In this document: one piece after another, positions 56,557 to 56,940 of the stretch
How positions within the stretch are numbered: the first letter of the stretch is position 1
Layout of the letters: every line of letters begins with the position of its first letter
Assembly (NCBI GenBank): GCA_004375965.1
Contig: SOIS01000152.1
Location: 1 to 56,940, forward strand
Direction: 5' to 3'
DNA: 56,940 nucleotides
Source of the DNA: Candidatus Cloacimonadota bacterium
GTDB lineage: Bacteria; Hydrothermota; E44-bin80
The notes under the pieces: generated by a model
The model's database searches: none
What the model saw: only the letters and a program-made list of their open reading frames with translations
What the model was told of the DNA's origin: nothing
Program-made: the position numbers and the translations under genes

Positions 56557-56861
56557 TAGCCCAAAATCTCCTTTAGTACCCTCTTTACAGCTGCTTCAAA
56601 GCCCTTTTTTGACTTTGAAAGAGTTTCCTGTTTATCCTTTTCCATTTTGGCTTTTATCTTAACGAGCTCTTTTTCTGCTTCCTTTTTTGCTTCTTTTAAA
56701 GCAACCTCTATTTCACCTTCTCTTTTTGCCATTGCATCATTAATGGTTTTTCGAGCCTTATTTCTGGCTTCTTCAATTACTTTTTCTGCCTTTACCTCTG
56801 CGTTTTTCTTAATTGTATCTGCTTCCTTTTCAGTTTTTAAGATTGTATTTACAAGATCCAT
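56556..56861 (-). CDS. A/V-type ATP synthase small peripheral-stalk subunit (G/H-like)
   Basis: 101 aa. An entirely Lys/Glu/Ala-rich helix. It is the first gene of the operon, and its stop overlaps the atpI start by 1 nt. Confidence 0.7.
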   Translation of the reverse strand: MDLVNTILKTEKEADTIKKNAEVKAEKVIEEARNKARKTINDAMAKREGEIEVALKEAKKEAEKELVKIKAKMEKDKQETLSKSKKGFEAAVKRVLKEILG

Positions 56862-56892
56862 ATTTACTTAACCTCCCTGTTTAATGTGTGTT

Positions 56893-56921
56893 TTTTTAAC
56901 ATAGTTTACTATATATGTCAA
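56893..56921 (-). promoter_or_regulatory. sigma70-type promoter of the A/V-ATPase operon
   Basis: Reverse complement reads TTGACA, 17 nt, TAAAAA. RBS gggaggt precedes the ATG at 56861. Confidence 0.45.
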
Positions 56922-56940
56922 GGAAAAAAGAAAACCTGTA

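Overview
AT-rich, very gene-dense 56.9-kb bacterial chromosomal segment with about 55 protein genes, mostly on the minus strand, and one tRNA. I saw no rRNA, CRISPR array, transposase or integrase. Left end (432-3949): a tightly coupled operon. It encodes a Zn-ribbon membrane protein, a DUF2207-like membrane protein ending in GGGCACACACAGCACACAGGGR, a radical SAM/SPASM enzyme with a PqqD/RRE-like N-terminus, and a 4HBT thioesterase. This is my best candidate for an undescribed protein-modification system. Middle: era, thi4, an SbcD/YhaO plus YhaN-like nuclease/ATPase pair, DUF4321, NYN/YacP, transketolase, M23 peptidase, a methyltransferase, an EndoQ-like nuclease, HIT, GAF-GGDEF and yidD. These are followed by a run initiator tRNA-Met / smc / ftsY / CHASE2 cyclase / scpA / recJ, then hutI, a tandemly duplicated TPR + ExeA/MshM-like ATPase module, a PHP phosphoesterase, a PorV-like barrel and an M1 aminopeptidase with a T9SS-type C-terminal domain. 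Right third: an A/V-type ATPase operon (G/H-I-K-E-C-F ... A-B-D). It is interrupted between F and A by etfA, then yceD-rpmF-plsX-fabD-fabG-acpP-fabF-rnc, then etfB, in a nested arrangement with overlapping stop/start codons. Consensus sigma70-type promoters (TTGACA, 17 nt, TATAAT-like) are readable in most spacers, and two are positioned so that the mRNA would be leaderless. Several spacers carry tandem 9-10-mers of the TTCTCTGTG type. Lineage (inference only): an uncultivated FCB-group-like or candidate-phylum bacterium. All family assignments come from motif recognition by eye, not from searches.
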